Assembly: GCA_021513715.1 (NCBI GenBank)
Contig: CP084167.1
Span: forward strand, 1,312,001 to 1,376,000
DNA length: 64,000 nt
Reading direction: 5' to 3'
Source: Candidatus Heimdallarchaeum endolithica
GTDB taxonomy: Archaea > Asgardarchaeota > Heimdallarchaeia > Heimdallarchaeales > Heimdallarchaeaceae
The notes beneath the pieces are model-generated. The model had not been told where the DNA came from. It saw nothing but the letters and a program-made list of their open reading frames with translations, and made no database searches. The translations under genes and the position numbers were made by a program. Shown here piece after piece: positions 51,853 through 62,314 of the stretch (its first letter is position 1; each line of letters starts with the position of its first letter).

Positions 51853-52931
51853 AAGATACGATCAAATTCGTAGATTCTTTCACTTTTATCTTTTCTCACT
51901 ATCAAATCATCCTCGATTCTTATACCAAATTTTCCAGGCAAATAGATCCCTGGCTCATCAGTATGAACATTTCCATCCATTAGGGGCTGTTTATTTCCCT
52001 TAACAATATATGGATGTTCATGTACTTCTAATCCCAATCCATGTCCAAGTCTATGAGTGAAATATTTTCCATATCCTGCCTCATCTATAATCTTTCTTGC
52101 TTCAAAATCTACTTGCTCTGCAGGAACACCTTCTTTGGATGCCTCTAATGCTTTATCATTTGCTTTTTGAACTATATCGTATATTTCTAAAAACTTGCTA
52201 GAAGGCTTAGAAAATGTAGTTGTTATAGTAATATCGGAAAAATATCTATCACAACTTGTTCCAGAATCGATTAATATAACTGAATCTTCTCTCAGTTTCT
52301 TAGCTGATGCGCTACTATGAGGAATAGCGCTACTTTCATCAAATTGAATCAATGCCCAACTTGGTTCTCCAGAGATTTCACTCATTTTTTTTATAAGTTG
52401 GTTTTGAACTTCAATTTCAGTCATTCCTGGTTCTATTTCGTTTAAAAGAGTTTCAACAGATTTAACTGTAAATTCAGATGCTTTTCTAATTCTCTCGATC
52501 TCTGCATCAGTTTTACGTCCTCTCATATCATTGAATATAGCTGCAGCATTAAGAAAGTCTGAATTTGGGAATATTTCCTTAAATTTGAGGAAATTCTCAA
52601 AACGAGTAGTAGATTCAAGTGAAATCATCTTTGGCATGAAATCTAATGTTTCCTTTAATTTCAGATATGGATCCTCATCTTCTTTCCAACCCACTACATT
52701 CTTTATATTTGTAGAATTTTGCATGCGTTCCACTTCAAATTCTGGTGCAATAAGTAATGGTTCTTTATCTAGAACAATTGCAGCACAGATCAATCTCTCT
52801 CGCATATCTAAAAATCCTTTAAATAGATAACCGAAGTTCACAGAAGGCGTTAATAGAATCAAATCAACATTTTCTTTTTCCATTAATTTTTTAGTTTGTT
52901 CTAATCTTTTTCTATAATTTAGAGGTTGCAC
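51837..52931 (-). CDS. Xaa-Pro peptidase (M24B)
   Basis: PH, IDSG, SDIT, HRLGHGLGLEVHE, EPGIY, GIRIEDD. Confidence 0.95.
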   Translation of the reverse strand: MQPLNYRKRLEQTKKLMEKENVDLILLTPSVNFGYLFKGFLDMRERLICAAIVLDKEPLLIAPEFEVERMQNSTNIKNVVGWKEDEDPYLKLKETLDFMPKMISLESTTRFENFLKFKEIFPNSDFLNAAAIFNDMRGRKTDAEIERIRKASEFTVKSVETLLNEIEPGMTEIEVQNQLIKKMSEISGEPSWALIQFDESSAIPHSSASAKKLREDSVILIDSGTSCDRYFSDITITTTFSKPSSKFLEIYDIVQKANDKALEASKEGVPAEQVDFEARKIIDEAGYGKYFTHRLGHGLGLEVHEHPYIVKGNKQPLMDGNVHTDEPGIYLPGKFGIRIEDDLIVRKDKSERIYEFDRIFWEKK

Positions 52932-53014
52932 AATCAGAAATAAAAATTTGTTCTAAAAAATCTTTCCTTTAACAAACTAGTGTCTATTTTACCTAAATCA
53001 ATTACAATATAGAA

Positions 53015-53413
53015 TCAAAAAATTTCCCCTTTTTCTTTCAAAAAAGATTCCACCTCATTTAAGAATGACTCTAATTTATCACTAACACTCATTTCCTTGG
53101 CTTTTTCTTTAAGTTCTTCTCTATTTATAATCTCCATCCCTTCTTTGTAATAAATACTACAATGAGTCTGTTCATCAAATTCCTCAAAATCATTCAATGT
53201 TGCATCGAAATTATTGCTTTTTAAAAAATTGACGAAATCTTCTCTGTCTAGTTTTGTATGATCGACGATAATATCAATATCCATTGTTAATCGGGCTCTT
53301 CCAAGAATCAAAACAGAGACACCGCCGACTATTACATATGGAACATTACGTGAGTTGAAATATTCAACTAAGACTTTCAAACTTTCTGATATTGGATCAT
53401 TCAATCTAATCAT
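53015..53413 (-). pseudogene. Nucleotidyltransferase (DUF6036-like), apparently internally deleted
   Basis: VGGVSV..G..R.TMDID NTase motif, but only 132 aa; jumps from YYKEGM to the terminal helices INREEL. Confidence 0.55.
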
Positions 53414-53591
53414 CCTTTGAATTGTTTTCTATAATTTTGGTTTTCTTTAAAGATAAGGCAAATTTAATGAAATTCGATGCTTCTTTAGTAAGCTGTTCTA
53501 CTGTAAAATTTCTTGCACGATAAGCTGCTTCCATTACTTCTTTTCTTCGTTGCTTTACTCTTTTTTCATTTGGTTTTAGCGAAGTTTTCAT
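53406..53591 (-). CDS. Small protein overlapping the NTase gene (toxin-antitoxin-like pair)
   Basis: 61 aa; 8-nt overlap with the downstream NTase gene. Confidence 0.55.
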   Translation of the reverse strand: MKTSLKPNEKRVKQRRKEVMEAAYRARNFTVEQLTKEASNFIKFALSLKKTKIIENNSKDD

Positions 53592-53703
53592 TACTTACAA
53601 ATAGTTTTTTCACTAAATAAATGTTCTTTTGTTTATACCCACTAATTAAATTTTTATAGCTAACTAGCAAAAAATTTATTGAGTTCTAAACCAATTTTAA
53701 ATT

Positions 53704-56004
53704 ATGTATCTATCATTTTTTTATTCGCAACAAAAAACTAGGCCTTTCACAAAATTCGTAGAGATAGAACTAGAGAGAGATGAGCTGTATAAAGCATTCA
53801 CTGAACTGGATGAACCTGAAGAGATAAGTAAAAAGTGGATTGTTTTTGCTGAAGATTGTTCAAAACATTTGGCATCAATAAACAGTTTAGCTTCCATGGC
53901 TTTTGAAAGATTATCAGAAGCTTATTCAGTTGATGAAGAAGAAGACGAATCTGTTCTTCCTTTACATAGATTACTTTATGGTTCAATTGCTAATCAAATG
54001 CTTTCTTTAACCCAATTTCAGCTAAAACTTGGAGTTCTTATATATATTTATTCTCAAGTAAGAAATCGTGGAGTTTTCTCATATGCGCCTAAGGATTATC
54101 AATATTATTACTATATTCAAGCAAAGGAAACTTTAGACGATATATTGTATAGAATTATGGAGAAGAAACTTCCTGAGCCCGCGGAAGAAGGATTTATTCC
54201 CACTCCTACAGTAAATGATATGATGAATATAATTTTTCCTTTACTAAAACTTGAACAGAGAAAAAGGTTAATTCCAATTCTAAAACAAATCCCTGATCAT
54301 GACAAAAATCCTCTAATTATCAAAAAAATAGGAGACTATGACAGATTACAAGGTATAACTTTAATGTCAAACATTATAGAAATTATGGAAAATTCAGCTA
54401 TTGATTTCTGGTGGAAAGACCCTATTTCTACCCTTTCAATACTAGATCATGCTCTAGAACACTTTAATTTAGTAGTTGAACTTTGGAAAGAACAACCAGG
54501 AGAGCTTACTGCCCTCTCTTCTAGAATCGAGCAAGAGTATATTCCTATAGTGTATGGTTCTCGCTTTATTACACAATCACAGCATTTTACCTCATTAGCT
54601 GAAAGTGCTCTTGAGTCTTTTGACATTGACTATGCTTCCAAATATTATGACCAAGCAATGAAAAAACTTGAAGAAGCAAAAGAATATCTATTAAAATCTA
54701 ATAACCGTTTAGCAAACCAGCTTTATGAAACAATAAAAAATCAAGAACAGGAAGTTCAGATAATTTGTACTTTAACCAAACTGTCTAACTTATTTTCTTT
54801 AATTATGAATGATTTAGTAATAGAAAATGAAGAAAAAGCCATTGAATTATGCGAGAATATCAACCAATTAATTAAGCAGTTAGAAACTTTTATTCCAGTA
54901 CCTTATTTATATGGGATTTCAGTTAGCTATGCTGCAGCAGCATCAGCACTTGTTAAAGTGGTGGAGCAAGATGTTTCTTATTTAAATATTATAGATAGTT
55001 TTATGAGCCAATTTTCTTTTCCTCTCAACTCAATGAAAGAAGCTATCTCAAATATTAACTTAAATTTAATTCTCATTAATGATAATAACCCCAGATTAAG
55101 TTACTCTTTTCTTATAGAAATAGAAGAAAACCTCAAATACCTTAAGAAAGCTGTAGAAATGCTTCCTAAATTTCTCAACGAAAAAGTACTTCAACAAAAG
55201 AAAATCAGCGCTATATTGTACTATGTTAGGTCATATATTGCAGAGAACAAGGTTTACATTTATGCTGACAACAACATTGTACTAGATTTAATTTTAAGAG
55301 CTAGAGCCCACTACTTTGCAAAGAAAGCAGAACAGCAAATTGCAGATACTGATGAAAAAGACCTACTAAATTTAATAAAAAAACGAATTTTAGAAACAAA
55401 ATCTACAGGAATTGTAACAGAAACCAACTTATTATCTTTAGGGTTACAAACAGCTTATAGCAAAACAGTTCGAGATGTTATTGAGCAGATTCTTTTATTC
55501 TATGATCAAATTGAAAAACCACCTGAATTCATTCTAGAATCAGTAAAAAATCAATTTGAAAGCATGACTGAATTCCAAGAGTTACTCAATTTAATGGAAC
55601 TTGATAATAAAGAACTCCTTGCATTACGCCAAGAAATTACACTTAAAGGAAATGAAATTAACTGGGCTTTTGTTGAAAGAAGAGAAAGTTTTATACCAGC
55701 AACCAAAAAAATGTTCAAAACTATAGAATCTGTTCTTCTAGGAGAACTAGCAGCTGATATGAAAAAGAGAGATGCAGCTATTAATTACTATACAACAGCA
55801 AAAAAGAATCTTTACGAAATAAGTGATATATTAAGCAAAGTAGCAAGGTATATTGAAGATAATAAGGAATTACCTAGTTTAATTTATACTTTAGCTCTAT
55901 TTACACAAGAAAATTTGAATGCCATAAGAGACAGAAGAAAGAGAAATGAAGTTCCTTACAAAGAAATTGTAGGAATCTTAGATTATTTAATTCTTAACCT
56001 CTAG
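53704..56004 (+). CDS. 766-aa all-helical (solenoid-like) protein
   Basis: Continuous amphipathic helices, TPR-like ASKYYDQA and AINYYTTA; 22 bp upstream of the GTPase gene. Confidence 0.7.
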   Translation: MYLSFFYSQQKTRPFTKFVEIELERDELYKAFTELDEPEEISKKWIVFAEDCSKHLASINSLASMAFERLSEAYSVDEEEDESVLPLHRLLYGSIANQMLSLTQFQLKLGVLIYIYSQVRNRGVFSYAPKDYQYYYYIQAKETLDDILYRIMEKKLPEPAEEGFIPTPTVNDMMNIIFPLLKLEQRKRLIPILKQIPDHDKNPLIIKKIGDYDRLQGITLMSNIIEIMENSAIDFWWKDPISTLSILDHALEHFNLVVELWKEQPGELTALSSRIEQEYIPIVYGSRFITQSQHFTSLAESALESFDIDYASKYYDQAMKKLEEAKEYLLKSNNRLANQLYETIKNQEQEVQIICTLTKLSNLFSLIMNDLVIENEEKAIELCENINQLIKQLETFIPVPYLYGISVSYAAAASALVKVVEQDVSYLNIIDSFMSQFSFPLNSMKEAISNINLNLILINDNNPRLSYSFLIEIEENLKYLKKAVEMLPKFLNEKVLQQKKISAILYYVRSYIAENKVYIYADNNIVLDLILRARAHYFAKKAEQQIADTDEKDLLNLIKKRILETKSTGIVTETNLLSLGLQTAYSKTVRDVIEQILLFYDQIEKPPEFILESVKNQFESMTEFQELLNLMELDNKELLALRQEITLKGNEINWAFVERRESFIPATKKMFKTIESVLLGELAADMKKRDAAINYYTTAKKNLYEISDILSKVARYIEDNKELPSLIYTLALFTQENLNAIRDRRKRNEVPYKEIVGILDYLILNL

Positions 56005-56026
56005 ATATTTGAAATAATGTGATACT

Positions 56027-56938
56027 ATGAACCCTGAACTTTCCGTTAAAAGAAAAAATGTCCCTGTAAGTATTATTGGTCTAGAATATTCTGGTAAAAC
56101 AACATTCCTTAATTGGCTGATTAAACAAAGATTCACTAGACCTAAACCTACTGTAGGATACAACTTTGAAGTTCTTGAAGTTGCAAATATGCATATCAAC
56201 ATTTTTGATCTTTCTGGTCATGAGAAATTCAGAGAGAATATCTGGAAAAACTTTGTTCAATCAAGTGTGGGTATAGTTTTTTTTGTTGACTCTTCTGATA
56301 AAAATAAACTAAAAAAATCTGCAAAATGGTTCTGGAAAGTTGTTAATGAATGGTTACAAGAAATTTACTCTGAGTATGCATTACTATTTATAGCAAATAA
56401 AGCAGATCTAAAAAACTCTTTAGATTTAGAAACAATAATAAGAACTTTTGATTTGTATAAAATGTCTAAGTATTCTAACATTTCTTTTCAAATTTTTAAA
56501 ACTTCAATAAAGGAAGAACTCAACATTAAGACTGCTTTTCAATGGTTAGTCAACAAGCTAAATTCTATCACAAAGAACCAGCAAGTAGACATTCATGCGC
56601 TCATCATCTCTGATAAATTTTCAAACACCCTATATTCATATGACCCCCACAATATTTCCTCAGATCACGAACTATTATCTGGTTTCGTTAATGCAATCAG
56701 CAGTTTTAGTAATGAATTACTTGGATATGAAAACCTTAAACTAGTTAGACTTGGCAAGTACTATGTTCTTATCTCTCAGGAACAATCCTATTCAGTTGCT
56801 ATATTTTCTTTAAGCGAAACAAACTTACCTGAAGCAAGAAGAATAATTTATAATATTCACAGAAAAATAAAAGAGTCTCAGAAAAAAATACTAAGCACAG
56901 AAGATTATCAAGCAATAGTCGAACAATTTATTTTTTAA
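56027..56938 (+). CDS. Arf/Sar-like small GTPase with C-terminal longin-like domain
   Basis: G1 GLEYSGKTT, G2 PTVG, G3 DLSGH, G4 NKAD, G5 TSIK. C-terminal LLSGFVNAISSFSNEL helix between beta strands. Confidence 0.88.
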   Translation: MNPELSVKRKNVPVSIIGLEYSGKTTFLNWLIKQRFTRPKPTVGYNFEVLEVANMHINIFDLSGHEKFRENIWKNFVQSSVGIVFFVDSSDKNKLKKSAKWFWKVVNEWLQEIYSEYALLFIANKADLKNSLDLETIIRTFDLYKMSKYSNISFQIFKTSIKEELNIKTAFQWLVNKLNSITKNQQVDIHALIISDKFSNTLYSYDPHNISSDHELLSGFVNAISSFSNELLGYENLKLVRLGKYYVLISQEQSYSVAIFSLSETNLPEARRIIYNIHRKIKESQKKILSTEDYQAIVEQFIF

Positions 56939-57013
56939 AGAAGTTTCTTCCAAAAGAATTATAAAGACTTTTAGAAATGAAAGATTAAAGTATATTGTAT
57001 ATCAAATGAGAGT

Positions 57014-57601
57014 GTGACGATTATGGAATGTAGATTTTGTAAACTACGAGATATAGAAAACGTTGAAAAAAATGTTTATCACTGCAATCATTGTGGTTAC
57101 TCTTTTGAAGCGAGTAAGTGGGATATTTTCTACGATACACTTCTTCACATGCCTTTGTCTTCTTGGTTAGTTGCGAGTTTACTCTGGGGAAGTGCAATGT
57201 TAACTGGAATTGTTTTTGGTGTTGGATTCAATAGTAAATCATTATCAATTACCACATTATTTTTGTATTTATATGGTATCACAGCTGTTTTATATGGAGG
57301 ATCAAAGTCATCTGACTATTTCCAAGCAATTTGGTTATACTTCACACAATGGATAAGAAGAAAAAATCCCCAATGGAATGAGATCCTTGAAGTAATAAGA
57401 AAGAGAAGAAAGGAAAAAATGGCTAAAAAATCTACAGCATCTGTAGTAGCTACTTCTGGAACGCATATAGAAACAGATATTAGGCCATCAGAGATGAGAA
57501 TTCCTTACTTATCTGCTTCATTTAAAGCAGGTCTTATTACCACATTATTTGGTGTAATCTTTTCAATTGTTTATGGAGTTATTTTTGCTTCATCAATATA
57601 A
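57014..57601 (+). CDS. Zinc-ribbon membrane protein
   Basis: CRFC..CNHC followed by three TM segments. Confidence 0.7.
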   Translation: MTIMECRFCKLRDIENVEKNVYHCNHCGYSFEASKWDIFYDTLLHMPLSSWLVASLLWGSAMLTGIVFGVGFNSKSLSITTLFLYLYGITAVLYGGSKSSDYFQAIWLYFTQWIRRKNPQWNEILEVIRKRRKEKMAKKSTASVVATSGTHIETDIRPSEMRIPYLSASFKAGLITTLFGVIFSIVYGVIFASSI

Positions 57602-57658
57602 TTTCTTAACTTTCTTTTTTTTTAACTTCTTTTCTTTATAATTACAGACAAATATGTA

Positions 57659-57712
57659 GTCAAAACTTGTAACTCATAGCTAACTGTCAAAACTTGTAAC
57701 TCATAGCTAACT
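57659..57712. repeat. Perfect 27-bp tandem duplication spanning a stop codon
   Basis: GTCAAAACTTGTAACTCATAGCTAACT at 57659-57685 and 57686-57712. Confidence 0.95.
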
Positions 57713-58688
57713 TAAGATATTTCAAAGAGATATTTCTAAGTTCGTTCTGAGCTTCATCCTCATAATTGTCTAAAGAATGTAGATACATTGAATAATAGAC
57801 CTTAGATCTTACATAAGCTCTGTACGATTTATAGAAATTAACAAACTCTTTTACTTTTGAGAGATTTTCATGCATCAAAGCTAAGTATTTCTCTAACAAG
57901 TATTTTGCTTCTTTTCTTTTGTTGTGATAATCTAAATCCATCGCTAGAAAAGAGATCTCTTCCAAGATATCTTGAATTCTTAAACTTTCATTAAATTCTA
58001 TACAATCAAAAATCACAATTTTTCCATTATCTACAAAGATATTTCGGAGTTGTAAATCTCCATGTCCATCGACAATTTTTCCTTCATTTTGCCTTTTATC
58101 CCAAAATGCCCTATTTTTTTCCATAAAACTATAGACTTTATTAGCAAAACTATTGTCAAAGGGAAAATTTTCATACTTTTGTGTGGTTCGAAAATTTTCA
58201 TCCCATTTCTCGAATATATTTTCAAAAACCTTAATTTCTTTTCTGTAAATGTTTTCCTTATGAAATTCTGATACTATCTCAACAATTTTACTTATTAGTG
58301 TCTTGTCTAAGGGGCGCTTCTGTATTAAATTAATCAAAAGTTTTTCTTGCTGAATTTCTTTCATTTTCACTAAATATTCAATAACATCTCCTTCTCCATC
58401 AATCTTTTTATCAGAAGTAAAAGACACTAATCCCACATATAATTCAGGAGCTAGTCTTCTATTAAGTTCGATTTCTTGCATACTTGCATTGTATCTTTTT
58501 TGTAAAGTTGAAAAATCTAGTACATCCCCAAATTTAATCGTTTTCTTCATTTTATATGCAAATTTTCCTGTAAGAAAAACCCAACTTACATTTGTTTCAA
58601 TAACCCTAATGGGTTCTTGAACATCATGGTTATATGTTTCAGGATTTGTTAATTCATCAACTATAGCCTTTTCTGATAACATTTTCAA
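57687..58688 (-). CDS. Aminoglycoside phosphotransferase-fold kinase (COG2187-like)
   Basis: ETNVSWVFLTG, ELNRRLAP, HGDL..NIF, DCIEFN, FLAMDL, YRAYVR. Confidence 0.88.
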   Translation of the reverse strand: MKMLSEKAIVDELTNPETYNHDVQEPIRVIETNVSWVFLTGKFAYKMKKTIKFGDVLDFSTLQKRYNASMQEIELNRRLAPELYVGLVSFTSDKKIDGEGDVIEYLVKMKEIQQEKLLINLIQKRPLDKTLISKIVEIVSEFHKENIYRKEIKVFENIFEKWDENFRTTQKYENFPFDNSFANKVYSFMEKNRAFWDKRQNEGKIVDGHGDLQLRNIFVDNGKIVIFDCIEFNESLRIQDILEEISFLAMDLDYHNKRKEAKYLLEKYLALMHENLSKVKEFVNFYKSYRAYVRSKVYYSMYLHSLDNYEDEAQNELRNISLKYLKLAMSYKF

Positions 58689-59217
58689 TCTTTTCCATTA
58701 TGGAATTTTTGTCATGAACTATATTCACTTTTATATAAGGAAGTTTTGTTGGCTGAAACCTCTCTTTTAAATTTAAATAAATATCATAATTTGCATCACT
58801 TAAAGTTCTTCCAGATCGTTTTTCTCTTTGTTGAAATCTTTGTTTTATTAAAGATTCGGGGCACTCTACAAAGACTAGAATGAATTTAGCATCAAATTTT
58901 TCTGCAATTCTCTTTATTTTTATTCGAAATGACTCTTTGTAAAAAGTGCCATCTATTACACATCCAACATTCCATCTCAACAACGTATATAAAAGATAAT
59001 TGATTACATTATAGACTACAAGTCTATTTTCAAAACTGTAGGAACCAGCACCGAAAGTGTTTTTTCTAACTGAAGGAAAAACTCTTTTTCTTACTGAATC
59101 TGTACTTATACGTTCTAATCTATATTTTTTTGACAATCTTCTTGCTAATGTGCTTTTCCCTGTCCCTGGTAGCCCTGACAAAAGGATGACAAGAGGTTGT
59201 TTTTTTTTCATACCCAC
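58657..59217 (-). CDS. AAA_33 P-loop kinase (COG0645-like)
   Basis: GLPGTGKST, TDSVRK, IDGTF, SDA. Confidence 0.88.
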   Translation of the reverse strand: MGMKKKQPLVILLSGLPGTGKSTLARRLSKKYRLERISTDSVRKRVFPSVRKNTFGAGSYSFENRLVVYNVINYLLYTLLRWNVGCVIDGTFYKESFRIKIKRIAEKFDAKFILVFVECPESLIKQRFQQREKRSGRTLSDANYDIYLNLKERFQPTKLPYIKVNIVHDKNSIMEKIENVIRKGYS

Positions 59218-59223
59218 CCATAA

Positions 59224-62200
59224 TCACCTTTTTTTCTTGTGATCTGGGCAAACAAAAACCTCTTCTGTTTTAAATAATCCTTTTTTGGTCACTTTGATCG
59301 CGTGTTTGGAACAAAGAACTTTTTCACAGACATCGCAACGAACAATATCATTATCGCACACTACGTTGTTGCAGAAAGCACATTGTTCTACATGTTCTGT
59401 TGATACAACTTCCTTACATACAGAACAAACTACAGCATGTTTATTACAGATTACATCTCCACTAATTGAGCAATGTATAGTATGATTTGCACATAATGTT
59501 CTTCCACAAACTTCACAATCATTTGACACTGATACTAATTGCATTTTAGGAGTTTTCTTTTCATAGCAAGAATCACACAAGATGCTTATACTTGTTCCTA
59601 ATGTTGATTCAGCTATTCCTCTAATAAGCAATTCATGTCCTTTTTCATTTACAATATTAATTTCTGCGATGGAAACGGGAATATATAATATTGCAGCATA
59701 GACATCTTGGATTTCATCCTGGTTAGGAATACTAAATGATTTTTTCTTAACTAATTTATCGAGGTCATCGAGTACCTCAACTTTTGTTTGAGATTTTATT
59801 TTTCTATCTAGATCTTTAACAATTTCCACATCTTTTTCTACTTCTGCCGTATAATTCTTTATTACTTGAGGGCCATATTTTAGAGTCTCCACTGCTTTTT
59901 TGTAACGTTTTACATCTGCATCTCTTTTGTATTTGTATTTATTCATCACTATTGGTTTTAATGTTGCGTAAATACTCTTTGCCTCCTCTATTTGTGCTTG
60001 AAACTTTCTTACTTTATCTCTTTTTTCGATCATTTTTGTGAAATATTCATCTCTTTGCTTAGTTAACTGACTAATCCATGACTCAATTTTTTCTTTATAT
60101 TTTTCCTCTATTTTCACCAATGAATCTTCAATATCACGCTTCCATTCATCTTCGTACATGCTTTTATCCATCCACAGTATGTCTTGGAATGATTCTAGAA
60201 TAGTTCTTGGTTTTCTTTGAACTTCTATAGTTTTGATATTCGCTGATGGTGGTGCTATCAAGCTTCCAAGATTTTTGAGGGGGAGTATAGAAAGAAGTTC
60301 TTCGAAAACATCTTCTGCTTGAAAAGGTATACTCTCTAATCCCCAAATTTTATCTTTTGAATCAAATTCTAATTTGTCTACTAGTGGAAAAATTCTTTTT
60401 ATTGGGAAATCTAAAATAATTTCTTCTTTTACTACTTCTTCACCTACCTTAACTTCTATTTCTCTTTTAGCATTTATATTAAAGTCAAGTAGCAAAAATG
60501 GAACATAAGCTAATTGAAGATAATTTGTTCCTAAATAACTAAACTTTTTATCACCGAAAAATTTAGATAAAAGTTCTTTTAAATCGATTTTATCGTATTT
60601 AAGGTATTGTTTTTTGATTGTTTTGATAGATTTACTAAGATCTATTTTCTTAAGCTTATGTTTTTTTTCATAATCTATCTCTTGTTCAGTGAAGTCACCA
60701 GGGGTAATTTCTGTTCCTATATCAAGGGTTTCAGAAGAGACATCTGGAAAGTCATCAAGTTCCTGCAATTTTACTTCTGTATCTAAAAGACTTTCAACCT
60801 CTGAGAACTCTTGTAACTTAGACATCTCTTTTTCGATATCGTCTAGACTTAGTTCTTTTTCAATATCAGAAAAGTCCATACTGTCAATATCGTAGCTATA
60901 TCCGTCTACTTCTTTACAAAGAGAAGGAGGTGGATTTTTATAAAGTTTGGATACATCATCATCAGACAAAGCTTTGTGCACTGAGTACAACCACCTAGTT
61001 TTAAAACGAACAGGTTTTGGGTAATTGTCAGGAGAGAGTAAATAAAATTCTCCTGGTTCAAAATTTGGGAGGTCATCAAGGATAAATCTTGCAGTTGGGT
61101 GAGATTGAATCATTTTTTCTACTGTTCTTAAGTCCTGTGGAGCCATAAAACGTCCAAAAAAGAAAGTAGAAACTTGGCCAAAAGCTTTGTAGTCTACATC
61201 ACTTATATTTTGTGTTGCAACTAACATTGAAACTCCATATTTCCTACCTTGTTTAAATAAAAGTTGCAACCATTTTTTTGTAGGAGGATTACGGGGATAT
61301 GGTGGGATTAAACCTGCTAATTCGTCAATATAAAAGATCAGTTGTGGTTCATGTGAGGGGTTTGAGAGCATATAGGTATAAAGTCTTTGAGAGATGGTAG
61401 AAATATAAAGGTTCTTCAATTTTTGTGTGTTTAGAGTATTAAGATAGATAATTGATATCCTGCATTTTCCTTCTTGAGAAGCATTTTTCAATGTTTGAAT
61501 GTTTAATTTTGGTCCTAAATTAAAGACTAAAGACTGCGCACCTACTGTTAAAAATTTAATATTCTTGACTAAAGTTTCTTTTTCTTTCTTTTCAAGGAGA
61601 GAACGATAAGATTCTGATAAATATGCTTCATCAGTGTTAATAAGATCCATTAACATCTTAAAGTCTTGTACCAAAATATTTCTTCTCATAAATTCTTCAA
61701 AAAGAGCTGTAAGATAAGCCTTTACTGCTTTTCCCTTATTTGAACTTAACTTATAGCCCAACACATCAACTAGATTAGTTGCCATTCCGTCAATAGCTAG
61801 TATTTTTTCTTCTCTATCAAGTTGTGTTGGGGGAGGAATTAATGGATTTATTGAAAGAGGAATACCCTTTTCTGATGCAGGAGTAAAAATCACTACTTCA
61901 ATTTTTTCTTTATACTCCTCGTAGAAGTCTTTATTTACACCATATTTTTTAAGAGCTTCCCATTCAGCAACCATTGAAAGACTGCTAATATCACCTTGGG
62001 GGTCTATAATTATAGCAGGAATATTATTTCTAATAGCTTCTTCAATCACGACCTTACAGGCTACTGTTTTTCCACTCCCTGATTGACCAAAAATAGCAAC
62101 ATGTTTTTTCAAAGCTTTAGTTGGGAGAGTAACATCTTCACCTGTTTCTTTACTTTTTCCTAAAGATAATATCGGTGCACTTTTCGCTTCATTCATATTC

Positions 62201-62241
62201 TTCAATATCAATGAGTGATTGTTATCCTTAAACCTTTCCAA
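59224..62241 (-). CDS. HerA/FtsK-family ATPase with coiled coil and C-terminal Cys/His zinc-finger array
   Basis: GQSGSGKT, IDPQGD, YIDE, GRKYGV, ATQN; C-terminal CxxC..C..H repeats. Confidence 0.88.
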   Translation of the reverse strand: MERFKDNNHSLILKNMNEAKSAPILSLGKSKETGEDVTLPTKALKKHVAIFGQSGSGKTVACKVVIEEAIRNNIPAIIIDPQGDISSLSMVAEWEALKKYGVNKDFYEEYKEKIEVVIFTPASEKGIPLSINPLIPPPTQLDREEKILAIDGMATNLVDVLGYKLSSNKGKAVKAYLTALFEEFMRRNILVQDFKMLMDLINTDEAYLSESYRSLLEKKEKETLVKNIKFLTVGAQSLVFNLGPKLNIQTLKNASQEGKCRISIIYLNTLNTQKLKNLYISTISQRLYTYMLSNPSHEPQLIFYIDELAGLIPPYPRNPPTKKWLQLLFKQGRKYGVSMLVATQNISDVDYKAFGQVSTFFFGRFMAPQDLRTVEKMIQSHPTARFILDDLPNFEPGEFYLLSPDNYPKPVRFKTRWLYSVHKALSDDDVSKLYKNPPPSLCKEVDGYSYDIDSMDFSDIEKELSLDDIEKEMSKLQEFSEVESLLDTEVKLQELDDFPDVSSETLDIGTEITPGDFTEQEIDYEKKHKLKKIDLSKSIKTIKKQYLKYDKIDLKELLSKFFGDKKFSYLGTNYLQLAYVPFLLLDFNINAKREIEVKVGEEVVKEEIILDFPIKRIFPLVDKLEFDSKDKIWGLESIPFQAEDVFEELLSILPLKNLGSLIAPPSANIKTIEVQRKPRTILESFQDILWMDKSMYEDEWKRDIEDSLVKIEEKYKEKIESWISQLTKQRDEYFTKMIEKRDKVRKFQAQIEEAKSIYATLKPIVMNKYKYKRDADVKRYKKAVETLKYGPQVIKNYTAEVEKDVEIVKDLDRKIKSQTKVEVLDDLDKLVKKKSFSIPNQDEIQDVYAAILYIPVSIAEINIVNEKGHELLIRGIAESTLGTSISILCDSCYEKKTPKMQLVSVSNDCEVCGRTLCANHTIHCSISGDVICNKHAVVCSVCKEVVSTEHVEQCAFCNNVVCDNDIVRCDVCEKVLCSKHAIKVTKKGLFKTEEVFVCPDHKKKR

Positions 62242-62314
62242 AGAGTAAACATAGATATTCTAGTTCAAAACTAGCTGACAATTAAATAAAAAATTGGAAA
62301 TACAAGAAAAAAAA

